Made by a program: the position numbers and the translations under genes. From an uncultured Bacilli bacterium (lineage in GTDB: Bacteria; Bacillota_I; Bacilli_A; RF39; UBA660): 64,000 nt of DNA. Shown one piece after another: positions 36,526 to 44,885 of the stretch. Position 1 is the stretch's first letter; every line of letters begins with the position of its first letter. Under the pieces are notes generated by a model, which saw nothing but the letters and a program-made list of their open reading frames with translations, did no database searches and was not told the origin of the DNA. The stretch spans positions 3,626 through 67,625 of the forward strand of contig CAKOKS010000004.1 of the NCBI GenBank assembly GCA_934095845.1, given 5' to 3'.

Positions 36526-37931
36526 TGACGAAGAATAAAATAATATTTATTTTAGTCGTTTTTTCTATATTTATAAGTGTTGCATATGCAGCTGAGGTGA
36601 TAAAAGCAAAAGAAATTTCTTTTAGTAATGGAATGTCTGGACTAAAAGCAAATAATGTTCAAGATGCAATAGAAGAATTGTATGACAAAACAATATCTGA
36701 CTCATCATGTAAAAATGTAAGTGCACCAAAACTAAAAGAAGGACTAATTCCAGTAACAATAGAAAATGATGGAACAGTAAAATATGAAGATACTTCTGAA
36801 AATTGGTATAACTATTGTGATAAACGTTGGGCGAATGCAGTAATACTAGAAGATGGTGCAAATTATAAAGTAGGAGATACAATAAGTGAATCTGATATTC
36901 AATCATATTTTGTATGGATACCAAAATATAAATATAAATTATGGAATACCGGAACAGCAAGTGAAGGCGTACATGAAATTGATATCATATTTGATGAAAC
37001 AGATACAGAAGATGTAGAAGGAATATCATGTAAAACTCCAATGATAAGTGGAGAGTCTGGAAATTGTAACAATGGAGAATACATGACACATCCAGCATTT
37101 ATAAGTATGAATACAAATGGATTTTGGGTAGGAAAGTATGAAACAGGATATAAAGGAGCAACAAGTGTCGCAACTGCCCAAGTTAATGGAAGTGATTCAA
37201 GTAAGATAATAGTAAAGCCAAATGTATATAGTTGGAGAAATATAACTGTGTATAATGCGTTTTTAGCATCATATAATTATGATCGTGACTTAGATTCACA
37301 TATGATGAAAAATACCGAATGGGGTGCTGTTGCATATTTATCACATTCTAGATATGGAAAAGAATATGAAATAAATATCAATAATAATTCAAGTTATAAA
37401 ACTGGGTACTCTGCACTGCCTTCGATAAGCCAACAAACGTATCCTGGAACAAGTGGAGATGGAGCAACATACAATTCAGCATACAATACAGATATTGGAT
37501 ATCTAGCAAGTACAAGTGGAAATATAAGTGGTGTTTATGATATGAGTGGTGGAGCATGGGAATACATGTCTTCATATATAACAGGAAAACCTGAATCAAG
37601 TGGATTTACGACAACAACTTTAGCAAATTATAGTAGTAAGTATTTTGATACGTATAATGCATCAACGACAGTTAGTGCTTATCAATATAGAATACTTGGA
37701 GATGCAACTGGAGAAATGGGACCATTTAAACAATATTTAGACGGAGATAATGGATCAAGATTGCATTCCAGTTGGTATGGCGACAGTTCAAGCTTTGTGG
37801 ACTCTTCTATTACTTGGCTTGTTCGAGGTGGGCATTACACTCATGGCGTGCTGTCTGGAATTTTTTCTTTCACTAGGTATACTGGAGGTACTGATACTGG
37901 CGGTGGCTTCCGAATAGTTCTAACTCCATAG
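36525..37931 (+). CDS. Secreted FGE-sulfatase/C-type-lectin-fold protein, paralogue 3
   Basis: Same architecture as paralogue 1, ending ..LVRGGHYTHGVLSG..GGGFRIVLTP. ATGA overlap with the preceding gene. Confidence 0.65.
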   Translation: MTKNKIIFILVVFSIFISVAYAAEVIKAKEISFSNGMSGLKANNVQDAIEELYDKTISDSSCKNVSAPKLKEGLIPVTIENDGTVKYEDTSENWYNYCDKRWANAVILEDGANYKVGDTISESDIQSYFVWIPKYKYKLWNTGTASEGVHEIDIIFDETDTEDVEGISCKTPMISGESGNCNNGEYMTHPAFISMNTNGFWVGKYETGYKGATSVATAQVNGSDSSKIIVKPNVYSWRNITVYNAFLASYNYDRDLDSHMMKNTEWGAVAYLSHSRYGKEYEININNNSSYKTGYSALPSISQQTYPGTSGDGATYNSAYNTDIGYLASTSGNISGVYDMSGGAWEYMSSYITGKPESSGFTTTTLANYSSKYFDTYNASTTVSAYQYRILGDATGEMGPFKQYLDGDNGSRLHSSWYGDSSSFVDSSITWLVRGGHYTHGVLSGIFSFTRYTGGTDTGGGFRIVLTP

Positions 37932-37944
37932 AAAGGATAAACTT

Positions 37945-39351
37945 ATGAAAAATAAATTGTTAATTACGAGTTTAGTTATAAGTACATTATTTTTTGCAGT
38001 TGCCTATGCAGCAGAACTTATAAATGGTAAAGACGTTAGTTTCAGTAATGGTACTTCTGGATTAAAAGCAAATAACGTACAAGATGCAATAACAGAACTT
38101 TATAATAAAAACATAAGTGAAACATCATGCAAAAATGTAAGTGCACCAAAATTAGGGAGTGGGCTTGTTCCAGTAACAATAGAAAATGATGGAACAGTAA
38201 AATATGCAGATACATCAAAGAGTTGGTATAACTATTGTGATAAAATATGGGCGAATGCAGTTATTCTTGAAGATAATACAAGTTATAAAGTAGGAGATAC
38301 GATACAAGAAAGTGACATTCAAAGTTACTTTGTATGGATTCCAAAATATAAATATAAATTGTGGAATGTAGATACACCAAGTAAAGGAATACATGAAATA
38401 GAAATTGTATTTGATGAAAATGATACAAATGATATAGAAGGAGTTTCTTGTAAGACACCAATGGTAAGTGGAGAAAGTGGAAACTGTAATAATGGCGAAT
38501 ATATGACACATCCAGCATTTATAAGTATGAATACAAATGGATTTTGGGTAGGTAAGTATGAAACAGGATATAAAGGAGCAACTAGCACTACAGCAGCTCA
38601 AGTAAATGCAAATGATACTAATAAAATAATAATAAAACCGAATGTATATAGTTGGAGAAATATAACTGTGTATAATGCATTTTTAAATTCATATAACTAT
38701 AAACGTAATTTAGATTCACACATGATGAAAAGTACTGAATGGGGAGCGGCTGTATACTTATCTCATTCTAAGTATGGAAAAGACTATGAATTGAGTAAAA
38801 ATAATAACTCGGCTAGTATTACAGGATATTCAGCATTACCATCAACAAACCAACAAACATATCCAGCTACTTCAGGTAATGGAGATACTTATAATAAACC
38901 ATATAATACAGAAACAGGGTATTTAGCAAGCACGACAGGAAATATAAATGGGATATATGATATGTCAGGTGGTGCATGGGAGTATGTTGCCTCATATATG
39001 AGTGGCAAATTAGGATCAAGTGGGTTTACAACAACGACTATTGCAGATTATGATAGTAAATATTTTGATACATATAATGCATCATCAACTCAAACTACTT
39101 ACCAATATAGAATACTTGGAGATGCAACCGGAGAAATAGGACCATTCAAAAGTTATTTGGATGGAGATAATCAAGCTAGATATCATACAAGTTGGTATGG
39201 TGGACTTTCAATTTTTATTGATTCTTCATGGTCTTGGTTTAGACGAGGTGGAAATAATGGTGATGGAGTTCTTGCAAGTTCATTCTATTTTTGTGGAAAT
39301 TATGGAAGTGCAAGCAATTCAGGTGGTTTCCGTATAGTATTAGCTCCTTAA
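37945..39351 (+). CDS. Secreted FGE-sulfatase/C-type-lectin-fold protein, paralogue 4
   Basis: Same architecture as paralogue 1, ending ..FRRGGNNGDGVLAS..SGGFRIVLAP. Confidence 0.65.
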   Translation: MKNKLLITSLVISTLFFAVAYAAELINGKDVSFSNGTSGLKANNVQDAITELYNKNISETSCKNVSAPKLGSGLVPVTIENDGTVKYADTSKSWYNYCDKIWANAVILEDNTSYKVGDTIQESDIQSYFVWIPKYKYKLWNVDTPSKGIHEIEIVFDENDTNDIEGVSCKTPMVSGESGNCNNGEYMTHPAFISMNTNGFWVGKYETGYKGATSTTAAQVNANDTNKIIIKPNVYSWRNITVYNAFLNSYNYKRNLDSHMMKSTEWGAAVYLSHSKYGKDYELSKNNNSASITGYSALPSTNQQTYPATSGNGDTYNKPYNTETGYLASTTGNINGIYDMSGGAWEYVASYMSGKLGSSGFTTTTIADYDSKYFDTYNASSTQTTYQYRILGDATGEIGPFKSYLDGDNQARYHTSWYGGLSIFIDSSWSWFRRGGNNGDGVLASSFYFCGNYGSASNSGGFRIVLAP

Positions 39352-39425
39352 ACAATAGAATATATGTCTATTGTTTTTTGTTGTTTAAAAGTATCTATTT
39401 TGATACAATAGAAGTGGTGAAATAT

Positions 39426-40358
39426 ATGAAAGATAAACGTGTAGTATTTATGGGAACTCCTGACTTTTCAGTTCCTGTTTTAGAAAAATTAATTGAAAAT
39501 ACTAATGTAGTATTAGTAGTAACAAAAAAAGATTCATTTGTAGGTAGAAAAAAAGTATTAACTGAATCTCCTATAGCCCTTTGTGCTCATGAACATAATA
39601 TTGAAGTTTTTAAACCAAATAAACTTAAAGATGACTATGAATATATTCTAAATAAAAAACCAGATATCATCATTACTTGTGCTTATGGTAATATTGTTCC
39701 TAAAGTAATTCTAGATTATCCTGAATATGGATGTATTAATGTTCATGCGTCTTTACTTCCAAAGTATAGAGGTGCAAGTCCGATAGTTTCTTGTTTACTT
39801 AATGGAGAAGAAGAAACTGGAGTAACCTTAATGTATATGGATGAAGGAATAGATACTGGTAATATGATTATGTCTAGAAGTATAAAAATTGAAGAAGATG
39901 ATAATTCTTTGAGTCTTTCTATTAAACTAAGTAATCTTGGCGCAAATCTATTAATCGATACTTTACCTAAAATCTTTGAAGGTGAAAATTTTGATATACC
40001 TCAAGATAATGAAGAAGCTACTTATTATGGTTTTATTAAAAGAGAAGATGAACATATAGATTTTTCAGATACTATTAAAAATATAAAAAATAAAGTACGT
40101 GCTTTTGCTCCTAATCCTTATGCATTTATTATGATAGATGGTATTGAATATAAAATAAGTGAAGTAAATGTTGAAAAGTGTGAAACAATTGATACAAGTA
40201 TCATTAAAAGTGTTACTAAAAATTCAATAGATGTATCTGCAAGTGATGGAATTGTTCATATAACTAGAATTAAACCATTTGGTAAAAAGGAAATGAGTGT
40301 TAAAGAATATTTTAATGGTTTTGATAAAAATAAATTAATAAATAAAAAGGTTGATTAG
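39426..40358 (+). CDS. fmt: Methionyl-tRNA formyltransferase
   Basis: MKDKRVVFMGTPDFSVPVLEKL.., ..NVHASLLPKYRGASPI... The upstream part of the ORF in the track is read-through from the previous gene's 3' end. Confidence 0.85.
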   Translation: MKDKRVVFMGTPDFSVPVLEKLIENTNVVLVVTKKDSFVGRKKVLTESPIALCAHEHNIEVFKPNKLKDDYEYILNKKPDIIITCAYGNIVPKVILDYPEYGCINVHASLLPKYRGASPIVSCLLNGEEETGVTLMYMDEGIDTGNMIMSRSIKIEEDDNSLSLSIKLSNLGANLLIDTLPKIFEGENFDIPQDNEEATYYGFIKREDEHIDFSDTIKNIKNKVRAFAPNPYAFIMIDGIEYKISEVNVEKCETIDTSIIKSVTKNSIDVSASDGIVHITRIKPFGKKEMSVKEYFNGFDKNKLINKKVD

Positions 40359-40360
40359 TA

Positions 40361-40972
40361 ATGAAGAAAAAAAAGAAAAATACTGAAAAAGTAGAAATGG
40401 AAAATTTCTTTGATGTAATAATTAGAAATTATAAAATGGTTCCTGGTTTTAGAATTGTTATAAAATTAGGATTTTATTTCATCTTTATTTTTGTGTTTTT
40501 ATTAATTATATCTATAGCTAATCATAGTAAAACTGATGAAATAATTGATAAAACTACAACTACTAAAGTAGAAGAAAATTTATCTAAAAACTATAGAGAT
40601 TATATAAGTGATCTTTCTAATATAAAAAAAGAAATAGTTTCTATAAATGATTATAAATTGAATTTAGATATTGGAGAAAATATTACTGGATATTTAGAAT
40701 CAACTGATAATATTAAAAAAATCATTATAAAAGATAATCAATTATATGAGATTATAAATAATGAAGAAGTATTGAATTCTTTCTTTAGTAATATTGATTT
40801 AACTTATTTAAATATAATAAATGTTCAAAAATATTTACTTAATAGTAAGTCTATAAAAATAGAAGAGAATAATTTAATTACTTATAAATATGATAATTTA
40901 GAAGTAATAATTAATAATGAAAAAATAGAGAAAATAAAAATAAATGATAATTATGTTATAACTTATGAATAG
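40361..40972 (+). CDS. Hypothetical membrane-anchored protein
   Basis: Lys-rich N-terminus, one TM and an Asn/Ile-rich ectodomain. Confidence 0.5.
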   Translation: MKKKKKNTEKVEMENFFDVIIRNYKMVPGFRIVIKLGFYFIFIFVFLLIISIANHSKTDEIIDKTTTTKVEENLSKNYRDYISDLSNIKKEIVSINDYKLNLDIGENITGYLESTDNIKKIIIKDNQLYEIINNEEVLNSFFSNIDLTYLNIINVQKYLLNSKSIKIEENNLITYKYDNLEVIINNEKIEKIKINDNYVITYE

Positions 40973-40987
40973 TTAATAGGGGGATAT

Positions 40988-41683
40988 ATGAAAGTATTAG
41001 TAAATGCCTTAACACTTTTACGTGTATTAGCAACATTTTTACTTCCAGTTGTTTGGAAATTATTTAGTCCTTCAAAAATACTTATATTTGTAATATGTAT
41101 ATTACTTACTGATTTTTTTGATGGATTTTTAGCTAGAAAATTTAATGTTTCAACACTACTTGGAAGTATTCTTGATTGTTTTGCAGATAAATTATTTGGT
41201 ATTGCAATTATTTTAGTTATTGCAACATATTATAAATCATTTTATATAGTTTTATTAATGGAACTTATAATTGCATCTATTAATGTTATTGCTGCATTTA
41301 GAGGAGCTAAAACAGCATCTAGTATGTTAGGTAGAGCTAAAATGTGGGTTTTAGGTTTAGCTATAGTTATAAGTATGATTTCGATATTTAAATACAATTT
41401 AATGGGTTTTATACATGTTGATTTATTAAATACTTGGCTTAGAACATTTATTGAATATGAAAGTATTATAGTTTTATTTGGTTCTTCAATAACTGTTGGA
41501 GCTCAAATGATGGTTGCAATTGATTATTTAGTTAGAATTATAAAAGAACTTAAAGATAATAATAAAAAAATTAAATATGATTTTAAAAGTAATAAAGAAT
41601 TAAAATATGTTTTACTTGATCATGAATATTATGTTAATAATAAAAATAAACCTCTTTCATGGCATTTTTTAAAGAATAATTAA
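40988..41683 (+). CDS. CDP-alcohol phosphatidyltransferase family protein (PgsA-like)
   Basis: ..DFFDGFLARKFNVSTLLGSILDCFADKL.. matches the D(x)2DG(x)2AR..G(x)3D(x)3D motif. Confidence 0.75.
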   Translation: MKVLVNALTLLRVLATFLLPVVWKLFSPSKILIFVICILLTDFFDGFLARKFNVSTLLGSILDCFADKLFGIAIILVIATYYKSFYIVLLMELIIASINVIAAFRGAKTASSMLGRAKMWVLGLAIVISMISIFKYNLMGFIHVDLLNTWLRTFIEYESIIVLFGSSITVGAQMMVAIDYLVRIIKELKDNNKKIKYDFKSNKELKYVLLDHEYYVNNKNKPLSWHFLKNN

Positions 41684-41740
41684 AGTTAATTCTACAATTT
41701 TTTTAATGTTTATTTCATATAATTTTTATAGGTGAAATTT

Positions 41741-42166
41741 ATGAAAAATAGAGTATTATTTATGATTGCTTTAATTATGACAATAGTTGGTTTTATTGGT
41801 GTATCTAGTATTTTAGTAAGTGAAGCATTAAGTGAAAATACAAGTAATCTTATTTATTTTAAAGAACTTATTTTAGATGGAAAAGATATATATAATGGTA
41901 ATTATTTACTTGCTAGTAATATAGTTTCAATAAAATCAAATGAAATAGGAGAAAATACTAGACTTGATTTTAAAATAAAAAATAATAGTAAAAATAATTC
42001 TAATATAACTATTGAATGTTTAAGTGATAAAGGTATTATTGGAGTAATGACTAAAAATACTAGTTATTATATTGAAGGTAATTCTATAATAGAAGGTAAT
42101 TTAATTTTAAACTTTGATAGTGATGAACAAGATACTTTAGAATGCAAGATCAGTTTACTTGATTAA
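41741..42166 (+). CDS. Small divergent member of the shared N-terminal-module family
   Basis: ..IALIMTIVGFIGVSSILVSEALSENTSNLIYF.. aligns with the family leader/EN motif. The protein consists of the module only, with no cargo. Confidence 0.55.
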   Translation: MKNRVLFMIALIMTIVGFIGVSSILVSEALSENTSNLIYFKELILDGKDIYNGNYLLASNIVSIKSNEIGENTRLDFKIKNNSKNNSNITIECLSDKGIIGVMTKNTSYYIEGNSIIEGNLILNFDSDEQDTLECKISLLD

Positions 42167-42250
42167 TAAGAAATTTTTCTTGTTTTTTTTTATATTAATA
42201 TAAAAAATTATGTTATAATAAAAATAGAAAAATAAAGGAGTTGTTAATAA

Positions 42251-44500
42251 ATGAAAAAGAACTATTTTATATTATTAATATTATTAATAATGGTAGTTGG
42301 ATATGCAGCAACTCAAATGAAAATAGATATAAAAGGAAATACAACATTAAGTGAAAATACAAGTGATTTTAATGTATATTTAGCAAATCTAAAATTAAAT
42401 GGAACAGAAATAGAAGGAATAAATGAAACAAAAGATGGATATGAAATAAATGTACCATCAAAAGGGACACTAGAATATGATGTAATAAATGATTCAACAG
42501 AATATGATGTAGAAGCAACAGTAGAATGTGAAGAAGAAACAGGGGCCAATGAAGTTACAAATTTTGATTATACAGGAGGAGAACAAACATTTGTAGCTCC
42601 AGTAACAGGAGTATATAAACTTGAAACTTGGGGAGCTCAAGGGGGAAGTTCAACGATTGCTCAGGGAGGATATGGATCTTATTCAGTTGGAAATGTGTTA
42701 TTAAACAAAGATGATAAATTATATATTAATATAGGTGGTGCAGGTTTATATAGAAAAGTAAATCAAAGCCCTTATACAATTACTGGAGGCTATAATGGTG
42801 GAGGAACTGCATATGATAGTTCTGAAAAGGAAAATAGATCAAGTGGAGGTGGAGCAACACATATAGCAACCATATCTGGTCAATTATCTTCATTATCTTC
42901 ATCTGTTGGAAAAATTATGATTGTTTCTGGAGGTGGCGGTGGCTCTACGGGAAGCGCTGGAGGAGCAGCTGGTGGAATAAAAGGAGTAATGGGAGCTCCT
43001 ATCTCTGGGTATACCATTGGAACTGGAGGAACTCAAACATCAGGTGGAGTTTGCTCAAATTCAAATAAATATTCATGTACATCAAGTTTAAATGGTTCAT
43101 TTGGAAAGGGTGGAAACTCAATAAGATCAAGTGATAATACAACATATGGTGGTTCCGGTGGAGGTGGTGGCTTCTATGGTGGAGCAGCAGGATATGACAA
43201 CGGAGCAGGTTCTGGAGGCTCAGGCTATATAGGTAATTCTTCTTTAACTGAAAAAACAATGTATTGTTATAATTGCCAAGAATCAAAAGACGAATCTACT
43301 AAAACTATTTCAACGACATGTGTAAATTCAACTCCAACCGAAAATTGTGCTAAGTCCGGTAATGGGTATGCACGTATTACTCAAATAAGTCCAATAGTTT
43401 CTAGTATTCAATTAAAAACAACAACAATTGAAGCTCAAGATAAAGTAAATAAAAGTGTTGAAGTTTCTAATAATGGAATGAAGTGTAGTTTAAAAATAAA
43501 AAAAATATCAAGGGCAGAAAAGAAAGAAAAGTATAGTGGTCCAACAGAATGGACATTTGATTACACTGGTGAAGAACAAACATTTACTGTTCCGGTATCT
43601 GGAACTTATAAATTAGAAACTTGGGGAGCACAGGGAGGAATTAATAGTACTTTAAGCAACAATTCATTATCAAAATTTTCCTATGGTGGATATGCTTCTG
43701 GAATAATAAATTTAAAAAAAGACACTGACTTTTTTATATTTATAGGACAAGCAGGAAATAATTTACGAACAAATATTTTTAATGGTGGAGGAATTGGTGG
43801 CTTAAGTGATCAAAATTCTTTTGGACAATCTGGTGGAGGTGCTACAGATATAAGAATAGATAATAATGAGTGGAATAATTTTTCTTCACTAAAATCTAGA
43901 ATAATGGTTGCTGCTGGAGGCGGCGGTAGTGCAGATGGTGTTTATACAAATGGTGGTCAAGGAAGTTATGCTGGTGGATTAAGTGGATACAATGGAGGAT
44001 ATTATCCAGGCCATAATTATGTAAATCAAGATGGAAAGGGTGCAACGCAAAAAAGTGGTGGAGCTGCTGGTGCAAATATTTTTGGTGCTACTGGTACTGT
44101 TAATAAAGGTGCTTTCGGGTATGGTGGAAGTAGTTATAGTACATCATCAGGAATAGGAAGTGGCGGAGGTGGCTCGGGTTACTATGGCGGAGGAGCTGGA
44201 GGCGGAACTTTAAGTGGTGGAAATGGCCAAGGCGGCGGAGGCGGTTCATCATTTATAAGTGGTCATAATGGCTGTGATGCCATAAGTGAAGAATCAACAG
44301 CAACTAATATAATCCACACTGGTCAATCTGTTCACTATTCTGGATATAAATTTACGGACACGATAATGATAGATGGAACAGGTTGCAAATGGACGAATGA
44401 AAAAACTACGGTATGTGATGGAATGCCATCACACGATGGGACATCTACAATACAAGGAAACACCGGTAATGGTTATGCACGCATAACTTTAATAAAATAA
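42251..44500 (+). CDS. Family N-terminal module fused to two tandem glycine-rich domains
   Basis: ..VVGYAATQMKIDIKGNTTLSENTSDFNVY.. leader/module. Two domains follow, each starting FDYTG(G/E)EQTF..P(V)(T/S)G.YKLETWGAQGG, containing multiple GGGG(S/x)G runs and ending GNGYARIT(Q/L)I. Confidence 0.7.
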   Translation: MKKNYFILLILLIMVVGYAATQMKIDIKGNTTLSENTSDFNVYLANLKLNGTEIEGINETKDGYEINVPSKGTLEYDVINDSTEYDVEATVECEEETGANEVTNFDYTGGEQTFVAPVTGVYKLETWGAQGGSSTIAQGGYGSYSVGNVLLNKDDKLYINIGGAGLYRKVNQSPYTITGGYNGGGTAYDSSEKENRSSGGGATHIATISGQLSSLSSSVGKIMIVSGGGGGSTGSAGGAAGGIKGVMGAPISGYTIGTGGTQTSGGVCSNSNKYSCTSSLNGSFGKGGNSIRSSDNTTYGGSGGGGGFYGGAAGYDNGAGSGGSGYIGNSSLTEKTMYCYNCQESKDESTKTISTTCVNSTPTENCAKSGNGYARITQISPIVSSIQLKTTTIEAQDKVNKSVEVSNNGMKCSLKIKKISRAEKKEKYSGPTEWTFDYTGEEQTFTVPVSGTYKLETWGAQGGINSTLSNNSLSKFSYGGYASGIINLKKDTDFFIFIGQAGNNLRTNIFNGGGIGGLSDQNSFGQSGGGATDIRIDNNEWNNFSSLKSRIMVAAGGGGSADGVYTNGGQGSYAGGLSGYNGGYYPGHNYVNQDGKGATQKSGGAAGANIFGATGTVNKGAFGYGGSSYSTSSGIGSGGGGSGYYGGGAGGGTLSGGNGQGGGGGSSFISGHNGCDAISEESTATNIIHTGQSVHYSGYKFTDTIMIDGTGCKWTNEKTTVCDGMPSHDGTSTIQGNTGNGYARITLIK

Positions 44501-44542
44501 ATATCTATTACGTATAGTCTTGCATATTAATGCAAAAAGTTC

Positions 44543-44571
44543 TTGCTTAAAGATATTTTAAATGATATATT
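44543..44571 (+). promoter_or_regulatory. SigA-type promoter of the rimP-nusA-infB operon
   Basis: TTGCTT-17 nt-(TGa)TATATT. Confidence 0.45.
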
Positions 44572-44584
44572 ATATATGACGTTT

Positions 44585-44620
44585 AAGTGGGCAGAAAAAT
44601 CCCACTTTTGTTATTGTTTG
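44585..44620 (+). promoter_or_regulatory. Leader hairpin with an interrupted U-tract (candidate attenuator)
   Basis: aagtggg-cagaaaaat-cccactt followed by ttgttattgttt, lying between the promoter and the rimP SD. Confidence 0.4.
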
Positions 44621-44629
44621 GAGGAATGT

Positions 44630-44881
44630 ATGGATTCGATTTTAAAAAACATCAGGGAATTAATTGAACCTGAAATGAAAAAACTAGATATTATTGTTGA
44701 TGATATTACTTGGGAAAACATAAATAATCAAAATAATTTATGTATTACTCTTGATAGAGTTACACCACTTGATATTGATGCAATAGTAGAAGCAACTAAT
44801 ATAATTAATCCTATATTAGATAAAGCAGATTTAATTAAAGATGAATATATCTTAGATATTTCAAGTAAGGAAAGAGGTTAA
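44630..44881 (+). CDS. rimP: Ribosome maturation factor RimP, short form (N-terminal domain only)
   Basis: ATG at 44630 follows GGAGG. ..IRELIEPEMKKLDIIVDDITWE..LCITLDR.. is RimP-N-like and the gene sits directly upstream of nusA. Only 83 aa. Confidence 0.6.
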   Translation: MDSILKNIRELIEPEMKKLDIIVDDITWENINNQNNLCITLDRVTPLDIDAIVEATNIINPILDKADLIKDEYILDISSKERG

Positions 44882-44885
44882 AAAA

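Noticed and set aside
33283-38601. Long antisense ORFs inside the FGE-like genes (for example 33283..33654, 35077..35577, 36622..36960, 38215..38601, minus strand).
   Set aside because: Their translations are low-complexity Leu/His/Tyr/Phe strings with no start context. They mirror the paralogy of the sense genes and are the expected stop-poor shadow frames of AT-rich coding DNA.
34290-39351. Diversity-generating retroelement (DGR) acting on the C-terminal variable regions of the four FGE/CLec-fold paralogues. Asn-rich, A-depleted tails in exactly the fold DGRs usually target.
   Set aside because: No reverse transcriptase, Avd-like gene or non-coding template repeat is present in the window. 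When I aligned the tails codon by codon, the differences included many non-adenine changes: ggt/ggc, cgt/cga, gta/gtt, tta/cta, and G->T and G->A replacements. This is ordinary paralogue divergence plus recombination rather than adenine-specific mutagenesis. A remote DGR elsewhere in the genome cannot be excluded.
33081-39351. CRISPR array or other short-period repeat array as the explanation for the repeated sequence in this region.
   Set aside because: The repeat unit is a ~1.4-kb protein-coding paralogue, not 25-40-bp repeats with spacers. No CRISPR-like periodicity is visible anywhere in the window.
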